Of a stretch of 64,000 nucleotides of DNA, positions 39,952 to 49,334 are shown one piece after another. The DNA lies in IMG/VR virus record IMGVR_UViG_3300031857_000057, positions 39,519 to 103,518 of that record; one strand, given 5' to 3'. This DNA comes from a virus. Under the pieces are notes generated by a model, which made no database searches, was not told where the DNA came from, and was given only the letters and a program-made list of their open reading frames with translations. The position numbers and the translations under genes are program-made. Position 1 is the stretch's first letter. Each line of letters begins with the position of its first letter.

Positions 39952-40641
39952 ATGCCATATCGTGTAGGTGCTAAAGGATCTTATGGGTGTTCTGGATACC
40001 CAGCCCTTAAAGAAGGCACAAATGAGGTTATGGGGTGCCATAAGACCCGTTCTGCTGCTGCAGGTCAAATCTATGCAATAAACCGCTCTGAAGGCAAAAT
40101 AGGCAAGGCTATGGTCAAAGAAGGCGATATGGTCATGGCACCCAATGACGACGAGGTTTATGTTGGTCGTGTTGTTCATGTCATGACTGATGGAATGCTT
40201 GGTATGCCAGGATCTGAATATGCCCTTGCCGCCTCTAAAGAAGAGCCAGCAATATTAATTCAGCTCTTTGAAATGGAAGAGGGCGGATTAGAAGAAACAG
40301 AATATTTTATTGGTGCAAAAGCATCAGATGTTATGGCAATGCCATCTCTTGAATCAAACGAGGGTATGGATAAGTCAATTGACAGCATGGATGAAGAAGA
40401 CGACAAAGAAGATGATGTTAAAAAAGAATATCAAGGTTGTGGGTGTCCTACCTGTAAGGCAATGAATGTAAGCTGTGAAGATTGTCCAGTTTGTAGTGAT
40501 GAAATGAATAAAAAATCTCCATGCTGGGAAGGATATGTTCAGCGTGGTATGAAAGAAAAAAATGGAAAGATGGTTCCAAACTGTGTTCCTGTAGAAAAAT
40601 TATTTTGGGAAAATTCTGCTTTTTACTGGAAGAAACTTTAG
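39952..40641 (+). CDS. Multi-motif hypothetical phage protein
   Basis: GCHKT.SAA, Cys cluster, PCWEGYVQRGMKEKNGKMVPNCVP. Confidence 0.55.
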   Translation: MPYRVGAKGSYGCSGYPALKEGTNEVMGCHKTRSAAAGQIYAINRSEGKIGKAMVKEGDMVMAPNDDEVYVGRVVHVMTDGMLGMPGSEYALAASKEEPAILIQLFEMEEGGLEETEYFIGAKASDVMAMPSLESNEGMDKSIDSMDEEDDKEDDVKKEYQGCGCPTCKAMNVSCEDCPVCSDEMNKKSPCWEGYVQRGMKEKNGKMVPNCVPVEKLFWENSAFYWKKL

Positions 40642-40770
40642 TGTCATCTGGACAAAGAAAGAAAAAACATAGATTTAATCCAATACAGATTAAAGATGGA
40701 TATGTTGTTAGATTAAATAAAAATGGTACAATAAGAGAAGTTCTTGGAAAATACGGGGAGTATAAGCCAA

Positions 40771-41169
40771 ATGGGAAGTAAAATAGTTCAACCATCAGAT
40801 ATTCATAAGGCAGAAACATATACGCCGACATCTGGCATGAAGGCTGCTGCACGTCGTGCACTTAAATGGAAAGAGCAAGGGAAGGCAAGGGGAGCTGGAA
40901 CACCTGTTGGTTGGGGTCGTGCAAGCGATATAGTTGCTGGTCGTGGTTTGTCTCTTGATACAGTTAAGCGCATGTATTCGTTTTTCTCACGGCATGAAGT
41001 AGATAAAAAGGGTAAAGATTTTAATAATACATCCAATCCATCAAATGGTCGCATCATGTGGGACGCATGGGGTGGGGATGCAGGATTCTCTTGGTCTCGT
41101 GCAATTGTAGAACGTGAAAAGAAAAAGGCTGAAAAGGCCTGGAGCGGTACTGGGTTTAGTACTAAATAA
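40771..41169 (+). CDS. Basic phage protein
   Basis: GTPVGWGRA...TVKRMYSFFSRHE...WDAWGGDAG. Confidence 0.6.
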   Translation: MGSKIVQPSDIHKAETYTPTSGMKAAARRALKWKEQGKARGAGTPVGWGRASDIVAGRGLSLDTVKRMYSFFSRHEVDKKGKDFNNTSNPSNGRIMWDAWGGDAGFSWSRAIVEREKKKAEKAWSGTGFSTK

Positions 41170-41170
41170 T

Positions 41171-42079
41171 TTAATTTACAAGGCTATACATAGTATCTGA
41201 TAAGTGTATATGTTTATGAAAACCCCAATGTCCTTGTAATTTATTAAAATTATAATCAGCTGCATTTTTAAATAATGGATCTTTATTGTATTCTTTATGA
41301 CAGGATAAATCTTTTATTGATAAAGATTTTTCTATAAAAAAATTATTAGAATTAATTTTATTTTGCATTGTTGTTTGAGATGGATCTGATAAAACTTGCT
41401 CCCATATAGTCCAAACAATTTTTATATTATTTGATAAACAATACTGCTCTAACATTTGTATAAACATTAAATTATAAAAAATTGCAAATTCAAATGGTAG
41501 TATTGTGTTTGGATTGTGTGGAGCTTTTGATATTTTTTCAAAATCATGTATATAAGAATTACATTTTTGAATAAATTTTAAATTTGATTTTTTAATATTA
41601 ATATCTAAAGGGCCATCTACTTTACACATTTTATCTTTTACATATGGCATTTCAAATCTTGCTATTGGAAAAACTCCGAATATGTATTGAGGATGGCCAA
41701 ACTCTTTAAAATATTGAAAAGCTTTTATTACTTGACCTTGCATAGAATCTCCAGGGTACGAAAGATTTGCATAGCTCATACTCATTTTATTTGATAGCAT
41801 ATACGGCCAAGTTTGTTCTATATTTAATCCTGTGCCAAATGTATACGAACATCCCAATGTCATAATATTATGACTACCAAATTCTTCTGATCTGTATCCA
41901 ATAGAGTTATACTTATATTCAATAGCATGCTCATTATAAAATACTTTATTGATTAATTTATCATTATATAATTTATTGTTTTCTATCATTTCTGATAATT
42001 TTCTATTAAAAATATTATCAAAATCAAAATCTATTTTTTCAATCATACTATTATTTTTACTCCATAAATACTTTCCCAT
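41171..42079 (-). CDS. SGNH-hydrolase-like protein
   Basis: YNSIGYRS, LGCSYTFG, NLSYPG, C-terminal D...HWG..KH. Confidence 0.6.
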   Translation of the reverse strand: MGKYLWSKNNSMIEKIDFDFDNIFNRKLSEMIENNKLYNDKLINKVFYNEHAIEYKYNSIGYRSEEFGSHNIMTLGCSYTFGTGLNIEQTWPYMLSNKMSMSYANLSYPGDSMQGQVIKAFQYFKEFGHPQYIFGVFPIARFEMPYVKDKMCKVDGPLDINIKKSNLKFIQKCNSYIHDFEKISKAPHNPNTILPFEFAIFYNLMFIQMLEQYCLSNNIKIVWTIWEQVLSDPSQTTMQNKINSNNFFIEKSLSIKDLSCHKEYNKDPLFKNAADYNFNKLQGHWGFHKHIHLSDTMYSLVN

Positions 42080-43461
42080 TCTAATATATCTTTTTTATCA
42101 TTTAGCAATGGTTGAGATTTTACATTTAAGCTTGTATTTAATAGTATTGGTATTCCAGTTAAAGAATACCAGTTGGACAAGACTTCATGTAATCCAGGGT
42201 GCTGTTCTTTGTTTACTGTTTGTACTCTTGATGTGCCGTCTTTGTGAACCACAGACGGTATAAGCTCTGGCTTTAAACACTTAACAGCATATTGCATATA
42301 TGGTGAAGTAAATTTCATATCAAACCATTTGCTAGCATATTCTTCTAAAACAACTGGAGCAAATGGTCTAAAAAGTTCTCTTTTTTTAATTTTATTAACT
42401 TCATCTTTAATATTTGGATCTCTTGGATCTGCTAATATACTTCTATTGCCCAAAGCTCTTGGACCATATTCTGCTCTACCGTTTGCTACTGCAACTATTT
42501 TATTTTTTATTAAAGACGTTATAATTTCATTTACAGGATATTGATTTGATATATCATGGCCAAGATATGGTCCCTTCCAATTTAAGTGTTCACCATACAG
42601 AGCTGCGGCAGCACCCAAAGAAGAGCCAGCATCGCCAGGATTTGGCATAATCCATATATCATCAAATATGCTCCAAAGCTTTGTATTAGCAGAACAGTTA
42701 AGGGCACAACCACCCATAAAAACTAAATTAGTTTTTCCAGTTAGTGATCTTGCCATTCTCATAAAATCTAATAAACGTAACTCATAAACTTTTTGTACTG
42801 CAGCAGCAATATCAAATTTATCTTGTTCTGTTATTAATCCCCAGTCAGATATGCCTTTATGAAAATTATATTTTTGTTTATTAATTGATGGAAAGTATGA
42901 ATTTACCTTATTAAAATATTTATTTGGATCTCCATATGCTGCCATTCCCATCATAATATATTCTTCTTGGTTAGGCATAAGACCTACTAGTTGCGTAAAT
43001 GCAGAATAAAATAAACCAAAGCTGAATGGGTAATTAAATTTTTTGACAGGTTTTATTATATTATTATTTCCAACCCATATTGTTGCGGTATTCCATTCTC
43101 CAATAGCGTCTAATACAACAATTACTGCATCATTAAATTTGCTTGTATAGTATCCTGCTGCTGCATGAGAGTAATGATGATTAAAATATTTAACTGGTAA
43201 ATTAATTGGAATATTTGGTTTCCAGTCCGATGCTCCACCTTTTAAAAATATCCGTGATCTTTTTAGTTGAGGGTGTTCATAATACGCTATATGTGTTGGT
43301 GTACCATAATTGAGCATATCCAAATAGATATCTTTATTGTTATACCAATCATTTTTCTTTTTACTATATCTTTCAGCATGAGCAGCAAAAAGTATATCTC
43401 CATCTTTTACTAAAGATATAGATGCATCATGAGATGTTTCATTAATTCCTAATATAATCAT
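42043..43461 (-). CDS. Carbamoyltransferase (NodU/CmcH family), copy 2
   Basis: HDAS, ERYS, HHYSHA, LDAIGE, MGMAAYG, GGCALN, EYGPRALGNRSIL, LLNTSLN. Confidence 0.93.
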   Translation of the reverse strand: MIILGINETSHDASISLVKDGDILFAAHAERYSKKKNDWYNNKDIYLDMLNYGTPTHIAYYEHPQLKRSRIFLKGGASDWKPNIPINLPVKYFNHHYSHAAAGYYTSKFNDAVIVVLDAIGEWNTATIWVGNNNIIKPVKKFNYPFSFGLFYSAFTQLVGLMPNQEEYIMMGMAAYGDPNKYFNKVNSYFPSINKQKYNFHKGISDWGLITEQDKFDIAAAVQKVYELRLLDFMRMARSLTGKTNLVFMGGCALNCSANTKLWSIFDDIWIMPNPGDAGSSLGAAAALYGEHLNWKGPYLGHDISNQYPVNEIITSLIKNKIVAVANGRAEYGPRALGNRSILADPRDPNIKDEVNKIKKRELFRPFAPVVLEEYASKWFDMKFTSPYMQYAVKCLKPELIPSVVHKDGTSRVQTVNKEQHPGLHEVLSNWYSLTGIPILLNTSLNVKSQPLLNDKKDILEWESIYGVKIIV

Positions 43462-44445
43462 TTAAATAATGTCCTTTATTTGTTCATAAAAAAAATCTGC
43501 TAGATGTATATTTGAATGACTTCCCCAGTGTATATTGTCATTGGCAATATGAAATGTTTCTTTGTCTAAATCTTTTAATTCTTTGTGGCATGTTTCATCA
43601 TCTTTAAAATTTTGTATTAATTGTTCTCTATGTTTTATTTCTTTGTTTGATTCTTTCCAAAAAGATTCTTTAAAAATACTATATTGTGTTGAGTTATTTG
43701 CAATATCAACATTATTTCTCCAACTATATATGCCAAAATCTGCTAGGCTTACATAATTTTTAAAATATTGATCATTAGAAATTTCTTTTAAACCATTTAT
43801 TAAATTGTGAGTGTTATAGTCCCAGGTACCATATATTAATTTAATATTAGCAGATTTACAGTATAACTCCAATAGCTTTATTTGTTGTATAGAAAAATAT
43901 ATAGCAGATCCTATAGGCAAAACATTTTGTATTTCATGTGGCATTTTAGAATACTTTGGCATATATTGCGCTCTTTCAAAAGTATTTACATTATAAAAAC
44001 CAATGTCATCTAAAAAAAATTCTTTATTTTCTTTAGTATACTTTGAAGAAGAAGGATTGATTAAAAAGTTTTTAAATTGAGGAAAGTATGATCTAAATAA
44101 ATCTGGAAATAAACATAATATAATTTTGGGATTACCAAATAAATCAATATAATCAAATATTCTAGAAATTATCCCAGATATTGATGCAGCAGACTTAGAA
44201 ACATCTCCAACACGAATGTTTAATTTTTTTTCAAGAAAATTAGGCCAAGGCATTCCTTTATTAGATAAACCATTTCCAGCAGTAAAAGAGCACCCACCAA
44301 CTAACACATCTGATTTACAAACATTTTTTAATTGTTCAAGATTATTTTTATTTTTTAAACTATTTAAAAATGTGTAAGTTAAAGTGTCTTCTCCTAAAGA
44401 TTTTTTATATATAAAATCTAAATAAAATTTATTTTTTTCTTGCAC
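43462..44445 (-). CDS. SGNH-hydrolase-like protein
   Basis: GGCSFTAG, C-terminal DNIHWGSHSN. Confidence 0.6.
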   Translation of the reverse strand: MQEKNKFYLDFIYKKSLGEDTLTYTFLNSLKNKNNLEQLKNVCKSDVLVGGCSFTAGNGLSNKGMPWPNFLEKKLNIRVGDVSKSAASISGIISRIFDYIDLFGNPKIILCLFPDLFRSYFPQFKNFLINPSSSKYTKENKEFFLDDIGFYNVNTFERAQYMPKYSKMPHEIQNVLPIGSAIYFSIQQIKLLELYCKSANIKLIYGTWDYNTHNLINGLKEISNDQYFKNYVSLADFGIYSWRNNVDIANNSTQYSIFKESFWKESNKEIKHREQLIQNFKDDETCHKELKDLDKETFHIANDNIHWGSHSNIHLADFFYEQIKDII

Positions 44446-44470
44446 ATATACATTTTACCATAAAGATTAG

Positions 44471-44542
44471 AGCCCCCCGTCAGGATTGAACTGACGACCT
44501 TCCGCTTACAAGGCGGATGCTCTACCACTGAGCTAGGGAGGC
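44471..44542 (-). tRNA. tRNA-Thr(UGU)
   Basis: GCCTCCC acceptor; anticodon loop CTTGTAA; T-loop TTCAATC. Confidence 0.93.
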
Positions 44543-44549
44543 TGTAGGG

Positions 44550-45059
44550 CTAAGAGTTTAGTATCTTAGCCAAAGCATTTACGGTTGCTGCAATCCTACC
44601 AATATCACGTAGCTGTTCAACAGTAAATCCTTCTTGTTTTAGTGTTTCATAATGTGCTTTAACACAAAAATGACACTTTCCAATAATAGATGATGCTAAT
44701 GAATATGCCTCAAAATTAGCTTTTGTTGTCCCACCATGGGATGCAATAGCATTCATCCTAAGCTGTGCTGGCAAACCCTTTAGCGCTGGATCATCAGCCA
44801 TTTCAACGTATGGATACCATACATTGTTTTGAGCCATTAGCGCACCAGCGGTCATTGCGGCGTTTTTTTCAACCTCATTAGCTGAACTTGCAGCAATAAA
44901 AGCAATAAGTTTTCCATTACCAGTAGCAAAAGAAGCAGCTAAAGCTAAATGAGTTGCTAATTCTGGATCAACTGTACTTCGGTTAATAACAGAATCAAGG
45001 TTTAGTTTTATATCTTTTGCATACTCAGGCAAAGACTCTTTTAATTGCTCCACCCACAT
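44550..45059 (-). CDS. ahpD: Alkyl hydroperoxide reductase D
   Basis: LPEYAKDIKLNL, MAQNNVWY, CHFCVKAH. Confidence 0.92.
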   Translation of the reverse strand: MWVEQLKESLPEYAKDIKLNLDSVINRSTVDPELATHLALAASFATGNGKLIAFIAASSANEVEKNAAMTAGALMAQNNVWYPYVEMADDPALKGLPAQLRMNAIASHGGTTKANFEAYSLASSIIGKCHFCVKAHYETLKQEGFTVEQLRDIGRIAATVNALAKILNS

Positions 45060-45637
45060 CAGAGTGTTTCTCCGCCAAGCTGTCTATTGCAGGCACAAAG
45101 TTCTCCTGTTTGCAAAGCATCTAGAATTCGCAACGTCTCCTCTGGGCTTCTTCCAACATTAAGATTATTGACCGTAACATGCTGAATAACGTTGTCTGGA
45201 TCAATAATGAAAGTTGCACGAAGAGCAACACCATCATCATTTAGAACACCAAGCTGCTCTGCCAAACCTGTTGGAATATTTTCCGCCTCAGTCCAATATT
45301 TTGAATTATTACGAAGTTGATCTGCAAAAGACCACGAATTTGTTTTCTTTAGATCTTCATGTGCATTTCTCCATGCAATCTTACAAAATTCATTATCTGT
45401 TGATCCTGTTAATAATACTGCATCACGATCATTAAAATCGTTAACTAGCTTATCATATGCGACAATTTCTGTCGGGCAAACAAAGGTAAAATCCTTTGGA
45501 TAATATACAACTACTTTCCACTTTCCTGGAAACCATTGTTCGCTTAGCACTTCAAAAACATCATCAGATGCATCAAGTCTCCCTGGCTTCACACCAACGA
45601 TACGAAATGGTTCTAACTTGTATCCTACTGTTTTCAT
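45059..45637 (-). CDS. ahpC: Peroxiredoxin AhpC
   Basis: YPKDFTFVCPTE, GRSPEETLR, ELCAC. Confidence 0.95.
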   Translation of the reverse strand: MKTVGYKLEPFRIVGVKPGRLDASDDVFEVLSEQWFPGKWKVVVYYPKDFTFVCPTEIVAYDKLVNDFNDRDAVLLTGSTDNEFCKIAWRNAHEDLKKTNSWSFADQLRNNSKYWTEAENIPTGLAEQLGVLNDDGVALRATFIIDPDNVIQHVTVNNLNVGRSPEETLRILDALQTGELCACNRQLGGETL

Positions 45638-45666
45638 CTTTCTCCTTATATAAGTGGGTTTCCCCG

Positions 45667-45739
45667 TATCCCCAACGGGATTTGAACCCGTGTTACCGCC
45701 GTGAAAGGGCGATGTCCTAGGCCTCTAGACGATGGGGAC
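45667..45739 (-). tRNA. tRNA-Glu(UUC)
   Basis: GTCCCCA acceptor; anticodon loop CTTTCAC; TTCAAAT. Confidence 0.93.
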
Positions 45740-45743
45740 TGGG

Positions 45744-45817
45744 CGATCCATATCAGACTTGAACTGACGACCTCTTCCGTGACAGGGAAGCGCTCTAACC
45801 AACTGAGCTAATGGACC
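45744..45817 (-). tRNA. tRNA-Asp(GUC)
   Basis: GGTCCAT acceptor; anticodon loop CTGTCAC. Confidence 0.93.
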
Positions 45818-45821
45818 TCAG

Positions 45822-45894
45822 CTGGTCTGGCAGGGCACGATCCTGCGACATTCGCATTAACAGTGCGACGCTCTACCAACTGAGCTACAGACCA
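45822..45894 (-). tRNA. tRNA-Asn(GUU)
   Basis: TGGTCTG acceptor; anticodon loop CTGTTAA; atypical T-loop ATCGTGC. Confidence 0.85.
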
Positions 45895-45903
45895 ATTTAT
45901 TCA

Positions 45904-45953
45904 ATTATAGCAGTACATTGAGTAACTATCAAGCCACCAATGCCTGCTATAAT
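45904..45953. promoter_or_regulatory. Back-to-back housekeeping-sigma promoters (tRNA/ahpCD operon leftward, leaderless hydrolase gene rightward)
   Basis: Minus strand TTGATA...TGCTATAAT; plus strand TGCTATAAT 6 nt before ATG 45960. Confidence 0.65.
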
Positions 45954-45959
45954 TAAATT

Positions 45960-46715
45960 ATGATGGAATATAATAATTTAGATATAAAAGAATTAAAAAA
46001 TAAAACAGAAATAATATATAAAGATGATGTTATAAAAATATCTCACATAGATAATAACAGCGATTCAGTAGTTATAGTTTTTGCTTATGGATTAAAGCCA
46101 CCAGCCGAACCCAAAGAAAACTTTTACCTTTATACCCGCAATGATAAAAATATCATACATGTTGTTGATCTTATGGTTAGCTGGTTTAATAATTTTACTG
46201 CAGATTTTATTTTAGAAAAAGTAAATCACTTGATTAAAGATAAAAAAATATACCTTTTGGGTATGTCTATGGGGGCATTTAATGCAGTTCAATTTTCTAA
46301 CTATGTGGAGTTTGAAAGGTGCCTTGCTTTTTGTCCACAATTTTTTGTAAAAAAGATGGATATGGATATGTATGATGGATACTTAAGAATTGTTCTTGAA
46401 AGATTAAAAACTTTTAATGTTCACACTTCACAATATTCAAAAGACAAAGAATACTTTATTGTATTTGGGTCTGATGATCAAGAAAAAGCACATTCATATG
46501 ACACAATAAGTTATTGCCATAATGAAAATATAAACGCATCCTTTACAATATTTAATGATTCTCCACATTTAGTTTTAGATTATTTAAATAAAAATGACGG
46601 ACCTGTGTATAAAATTATTGAAAACTTTTTATATGATGATCTTAATACTTTAAAAAGTAAATATTCAAACTACTCTGCAAACTTTTTTCATGCTTCAGAT
46701 AATTTTACTATTTGA
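45960..46715 (+). CDS. Alpha/beta-hydrolase-like protein
   Basis: Nucleophile elbow GMSMG; later D and H candidates. Confidence 0.6.
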   Translation: MMEYNNLDIKELKNKTEIIYKDDVIKISHIDNNSDSVVIVFAYGLKPPAEPKENFYLYTRNDKNIIHVVDLMVSWFNNFTADFILEKVNHLIKDKKIYLLGMSMGAFNAVQFSNYVEFERCLAFCPQFFVKKMDMDMYDGYLRIVLERLKTFNVHTSQYSKDKEYFIVFGSDDQEKAHSYDTISYCHNENINASFTIFNDSPHLVLDYLNKNDGPVYKIIENFLYDDLNTLKSKYSNYSANFFHASDNFTI

Positions 46716-46876
46716 TATTTGTTTTCATTTAGTTTATCTATAATTGCATATGCGATCATGTGGTAGTCCATTTCAATCGCAGAGTTTTCACTGTCTATTT
46801 TATGAACTATTACAGCATCTGCATATGAATGTTGCAGCGCATCAAAGATTATTTCTTTTATCTCTTTATTGTCCAT
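46688..46876 (-). CDS. Hypothetical protein
   Basis: 62 aa ORF filling the gap. Confidence 0.45.
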   Translation of the reverse strand: MDNKEIKEIIFDALQHSYADAVIVHKIDSENSAIEMDYHMIAYAIIDKLNENKYQIVKLSEA

Positions 46877-46925
46877 TGTATTTAATTCTACTACAATTTA
46901 TTTATGCCTATGATATAATGAAATT

Positions 46926-47411
46926 ATGAACATTGCTTTGCTTGGAAATGGGCATGTTGCACAAGCATTAATAAATATTATTGATGAAGAAAAACATGTA
47001 CTAATATCTTATGATAGAAATTCCAATTTTGATGAAATACCATTATCACCAATTATTGATATCGTTATTGATATGCTTGCACATAATAACGAAGCGGTAC
47101 AAATATCAAAAAATATAATAAAAGGATCTTTATATTATGGCAAAAGCGTAATAACTTGTAATAAAAAATTAATGAATATTTATGGGGCAGAATTATGTAA
47201 TTTTGCAAAAGATACAAGTGGTAAGTTTTATATAAATTCTTTAGTAGCTTCTTCTAATACGTTTATTCCATATCCAGAATATCTATCAATCTATAACTTC
47301 ATTGATAATTCTGATAAAGAAAGCATATTTCAATATCGTGGGGCAGGTCCAGAAGAGACCGCTAAATTTATAAATGATGAAATAACAAGGATTGAGACGA
47401 ATGAAAAGTAA
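46926..47411 (+). CDS. Stand-alone Rossmann domain resembling the homoserine dehydrogenase N-terminus
   Basis: NIALLGNGHVA; GKSVITCNKKLM. Confidence 0.55.
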   Translation: MNIALLGNGHVAQALINIIDEEKHVLISYDRNSNFDEIPLSPIIDIVIDMLAHNNEAVQISKNIIKGSLYYGKSVITCNKKLMNIYGAELCNFAKDTSGKFYINSLVASSNTFIPYPEYLSIYNFIDNSDKESIFQYRGAGPEETAKFINDEITRIETNEK

Positions 47412-47979
47412 AGAAATAGCCCCTGGCATTGAGCTGTGGGAAAACTTTTTGACTGATGAAGAGCATGAATATCTTATTAATACTTGCAGATCATTGACTC
47501 AGCAAGATTGGGAAGCAACATATCATAATCAATTTCAATACAATCTAGACAGGGATGGAAAAGAACCTAACAATGAATGGAAAGATAGAATATATCAATT
47601 TCCAAAAGATCATCCAGTTATAAAATCAATAAATAAAAGAATTAACGATTTTGTAACGAAAAAGGGAGAGTATCCAGGATTACTATCTAGGGCTCAAAGA
47701 CATTACCCTGGATCATTTTTAAACGAGCACTATGATTCTGTACAAAGTAAATCTTTGTCACATGCGTTGGTGCTATATCTCAATGACGATTATTCTGGGG
47801 GAGAACTTTATTTTAAAAAATTTAACATTGAGTTTAATCCACCAGTTAAATCTTTGATAAAGTTCCCTTCAACTGAAGACTATATGCATGGAATAAACAT
47901 GGTCAATGATGGTCCAGATAGATTTGTATTGACTAGTTTTATTTGGAACAATCAACAATCAGCAAAAATTGGACGATAA
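47401..47979 (+). CDS. 2OG-Fe(II) oxygenase
   Basis: HYD...LYLNDDYSGGELYF...MHGI...RF. Confidence 0.85.
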   Translation: MKSKEIAPGIELWENFLTDEEHEYLINTCRSLTQQDWEATYHNQFQYNLDRDGKEPNNEWKDRIYQFPKDHPVIKSINKRINDFVTKKGEYPGLLSRAQRHYPGSFLNEHYDSVQSKSLSHALVLYLNDDYSGGELYFKKFNIEFNPPVKSLIKFPSTEDYMHGINMVNDGPDRFVLTSFIWNNQQSAKIGR

Positions 47980-47982
47980 ATT

Positions 47983-48939
47983 TTATTTTATTGATTCTAA
48001 AAATCCTTGTGCTACATGTGCATGATTGTGTATTCCCATATGTTGTTTATCAGAAGCAAAATGCCACAAAATCTTATAATCATCTTTTATTTTAATATTA
48101 AATTGATCTAAACATATGTAATTGCATTTATGATCTTCTTTGTTTAAATCATCAAGACTACATGAAGATCCACAATTTTTAAATTTTTTAAAAGTAAAAA
48201 AATTGTCACGGTTTATACAAAATTCATCACTTGCAAAAAAAACTTCTTCAAATATTTTATCCGTAAGATTATTCCAAGTGCTCCAGACAAATTTTATATC
48301 TAAAAGTTTACACATGGTTGTTAGAATATATAGTGCATTTACATATTGTTTAATAGCTTCATGTGGAGGAATTATATCTTCTACGACGGCAGGAAATTTT
48401 ACTACTGAATCTTTTAGGTATAGCTCTCCAGTTTCAAAATCCATAGTTTTTAATTGTGAACTTGTAATATAAGTTACATCTTTTTTAGATAAAAAATGAT
48501 CTTTTTTGTTTTTATAAAAAATTCTATCTATCGTATGGAAATATCTCAAACAGTCTGGCATAAAAGCAAAAATATATTTTGGCTTACCGACAATATTTAA
48601 ATAACTTATTGCTGATGCGGCTATCTGTTCTGCAGAACCACCACAAATACCTAGGTTTGCCACCTTCATTCCAGTTGTTTTTTCAATAATTGATGACCAA
48701 ATATATTCTTCAGGTACTCCAACACCAAATGTTTGAGAACATCCTATTGCTAAAATATCACATGGAGATCCTTCAACTATATCTTTTAAATCTCTGTATC
48801 TATAATTATTTTGATGATAATCAATTTTTAACAATATGTCTTCTTTATCAAATTTAATATAGTTATGTATAAAATTTTTATTGTATAGTCCAAATGCAAA
48901 ACCAAGATGATCAAATATATTAGTAGACAAATGGTGCAT
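47983..48939 (-). CDS. SGNH-hydrolase-like protein
   Basis: IGCSQTFG, NLGICGGS, C-terminal DKQHMGIHNH. Confidence 0.6.
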   Translation of the reverse strand: MHHLSTNIFDHLGFAFGLYNKNFIHNYIKFDKEDILLKIDYHQNNYRYRDLKDIVEGSPCDILAIGCSQTFGVGVPEEYIWSSIIEKTTGMKVANLGICGGSAEQIAASAISYLNIVGKPKYIFAFMPDCLRYFHTIDRIFYKNKKDHFLSKKDVTYITSSQLKTMDFETGELYLKDSVVKFPAVVEDIIPPHEAIKQYVNALYILTTMCKLLDIKFVWSTWNNLTDKIFEEVFFASDEFCINRDNFFTFKKFKNCGSSCSLDDLNKEDHKCNYICLDQFNIKIKDDYKILWHFASDKQHMGIHNHAHVAQGFLESIK

Positions 48940-49029
48940 GCTTTATTTTTTTCTTTCTTTTAAAAATTTTTAATATTTTATATAAATAATATTGAATTTT
49001 TAATTTCATTTTTAAATTATACCATACAG

Positions 49030-49102
49030 TACCCCTAGTTGGATTTGAACCAACGCTTGGACGATTTTAAGTCGTCTGCCTCTACCGCTGGGCTATAGGG
49101 GC
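49030..49102 (-). tRNA. tRNA-Leu(UAA), short variable loop
   Basis: GCCCCTA acceptor; GACGA-CTTAAAA-TCGTC anticodon arm; 73 nt. Confidence 0.85.
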
Positions 49103-49106
49103 TCAG

Positions 49107-49179
49107 TGTCCCCACTTGGGTTTGAACCAAGGACCCGCAGATTAAAAGTCTGCTGCTCTACCAACTGAGCTATAGGGAC
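49107..49179 (-). tRNA. tRNA-Lys(UUU)
   Basis: GTCCCTA acceptor; anticodon loop CTTTTAA. Confidence 0.93.
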
Positions 49180-49181
49180 AG

Positions 49182-49255
49182 TAGAATGCTTTGGAATTGA
49201 ACCAAACTCCAAGATGCTTATAAGACACCTTCTGACCACCAGCCAGCCGCATTCC
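49182..49255 (-). tRNA. tRNA-Ile(UAU), atypical D-arm
   Basis: GGAATGC/GCATTCT acceptor; GGTGT-CTTATAA-GCATC anticodon arm; TTTGG-TTCAATT-CCAAA T-arm. Confidence 0.7.
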
Positions 49256-49260
49256 AAACG

Positions 49261-49334
49261 TGGAACAGGTAGGACTTGAACCTACGATGACCGAATTATG
49301 AGTTCGGGGCTTTAACCAACTAAGCTACTGTTCC
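49261..49334 (-). tRNA. tRNA-CAU (elongator Met or Ile2)
   Basis: GGAACAG acceptor; CCGAA-CTCATAA-TTCGG anticodon arm. Confidence 0.88.

Noticed and set aside
720-40861. Many short opposite-strand or out-of-frame ORFs in the track (e.g. 720-992, 9497-9775, 19957-20352, 24173-24592, 40448-40861)
   Set aside because: They shadow well-supported genes and lack an RBS or recognisable motifs
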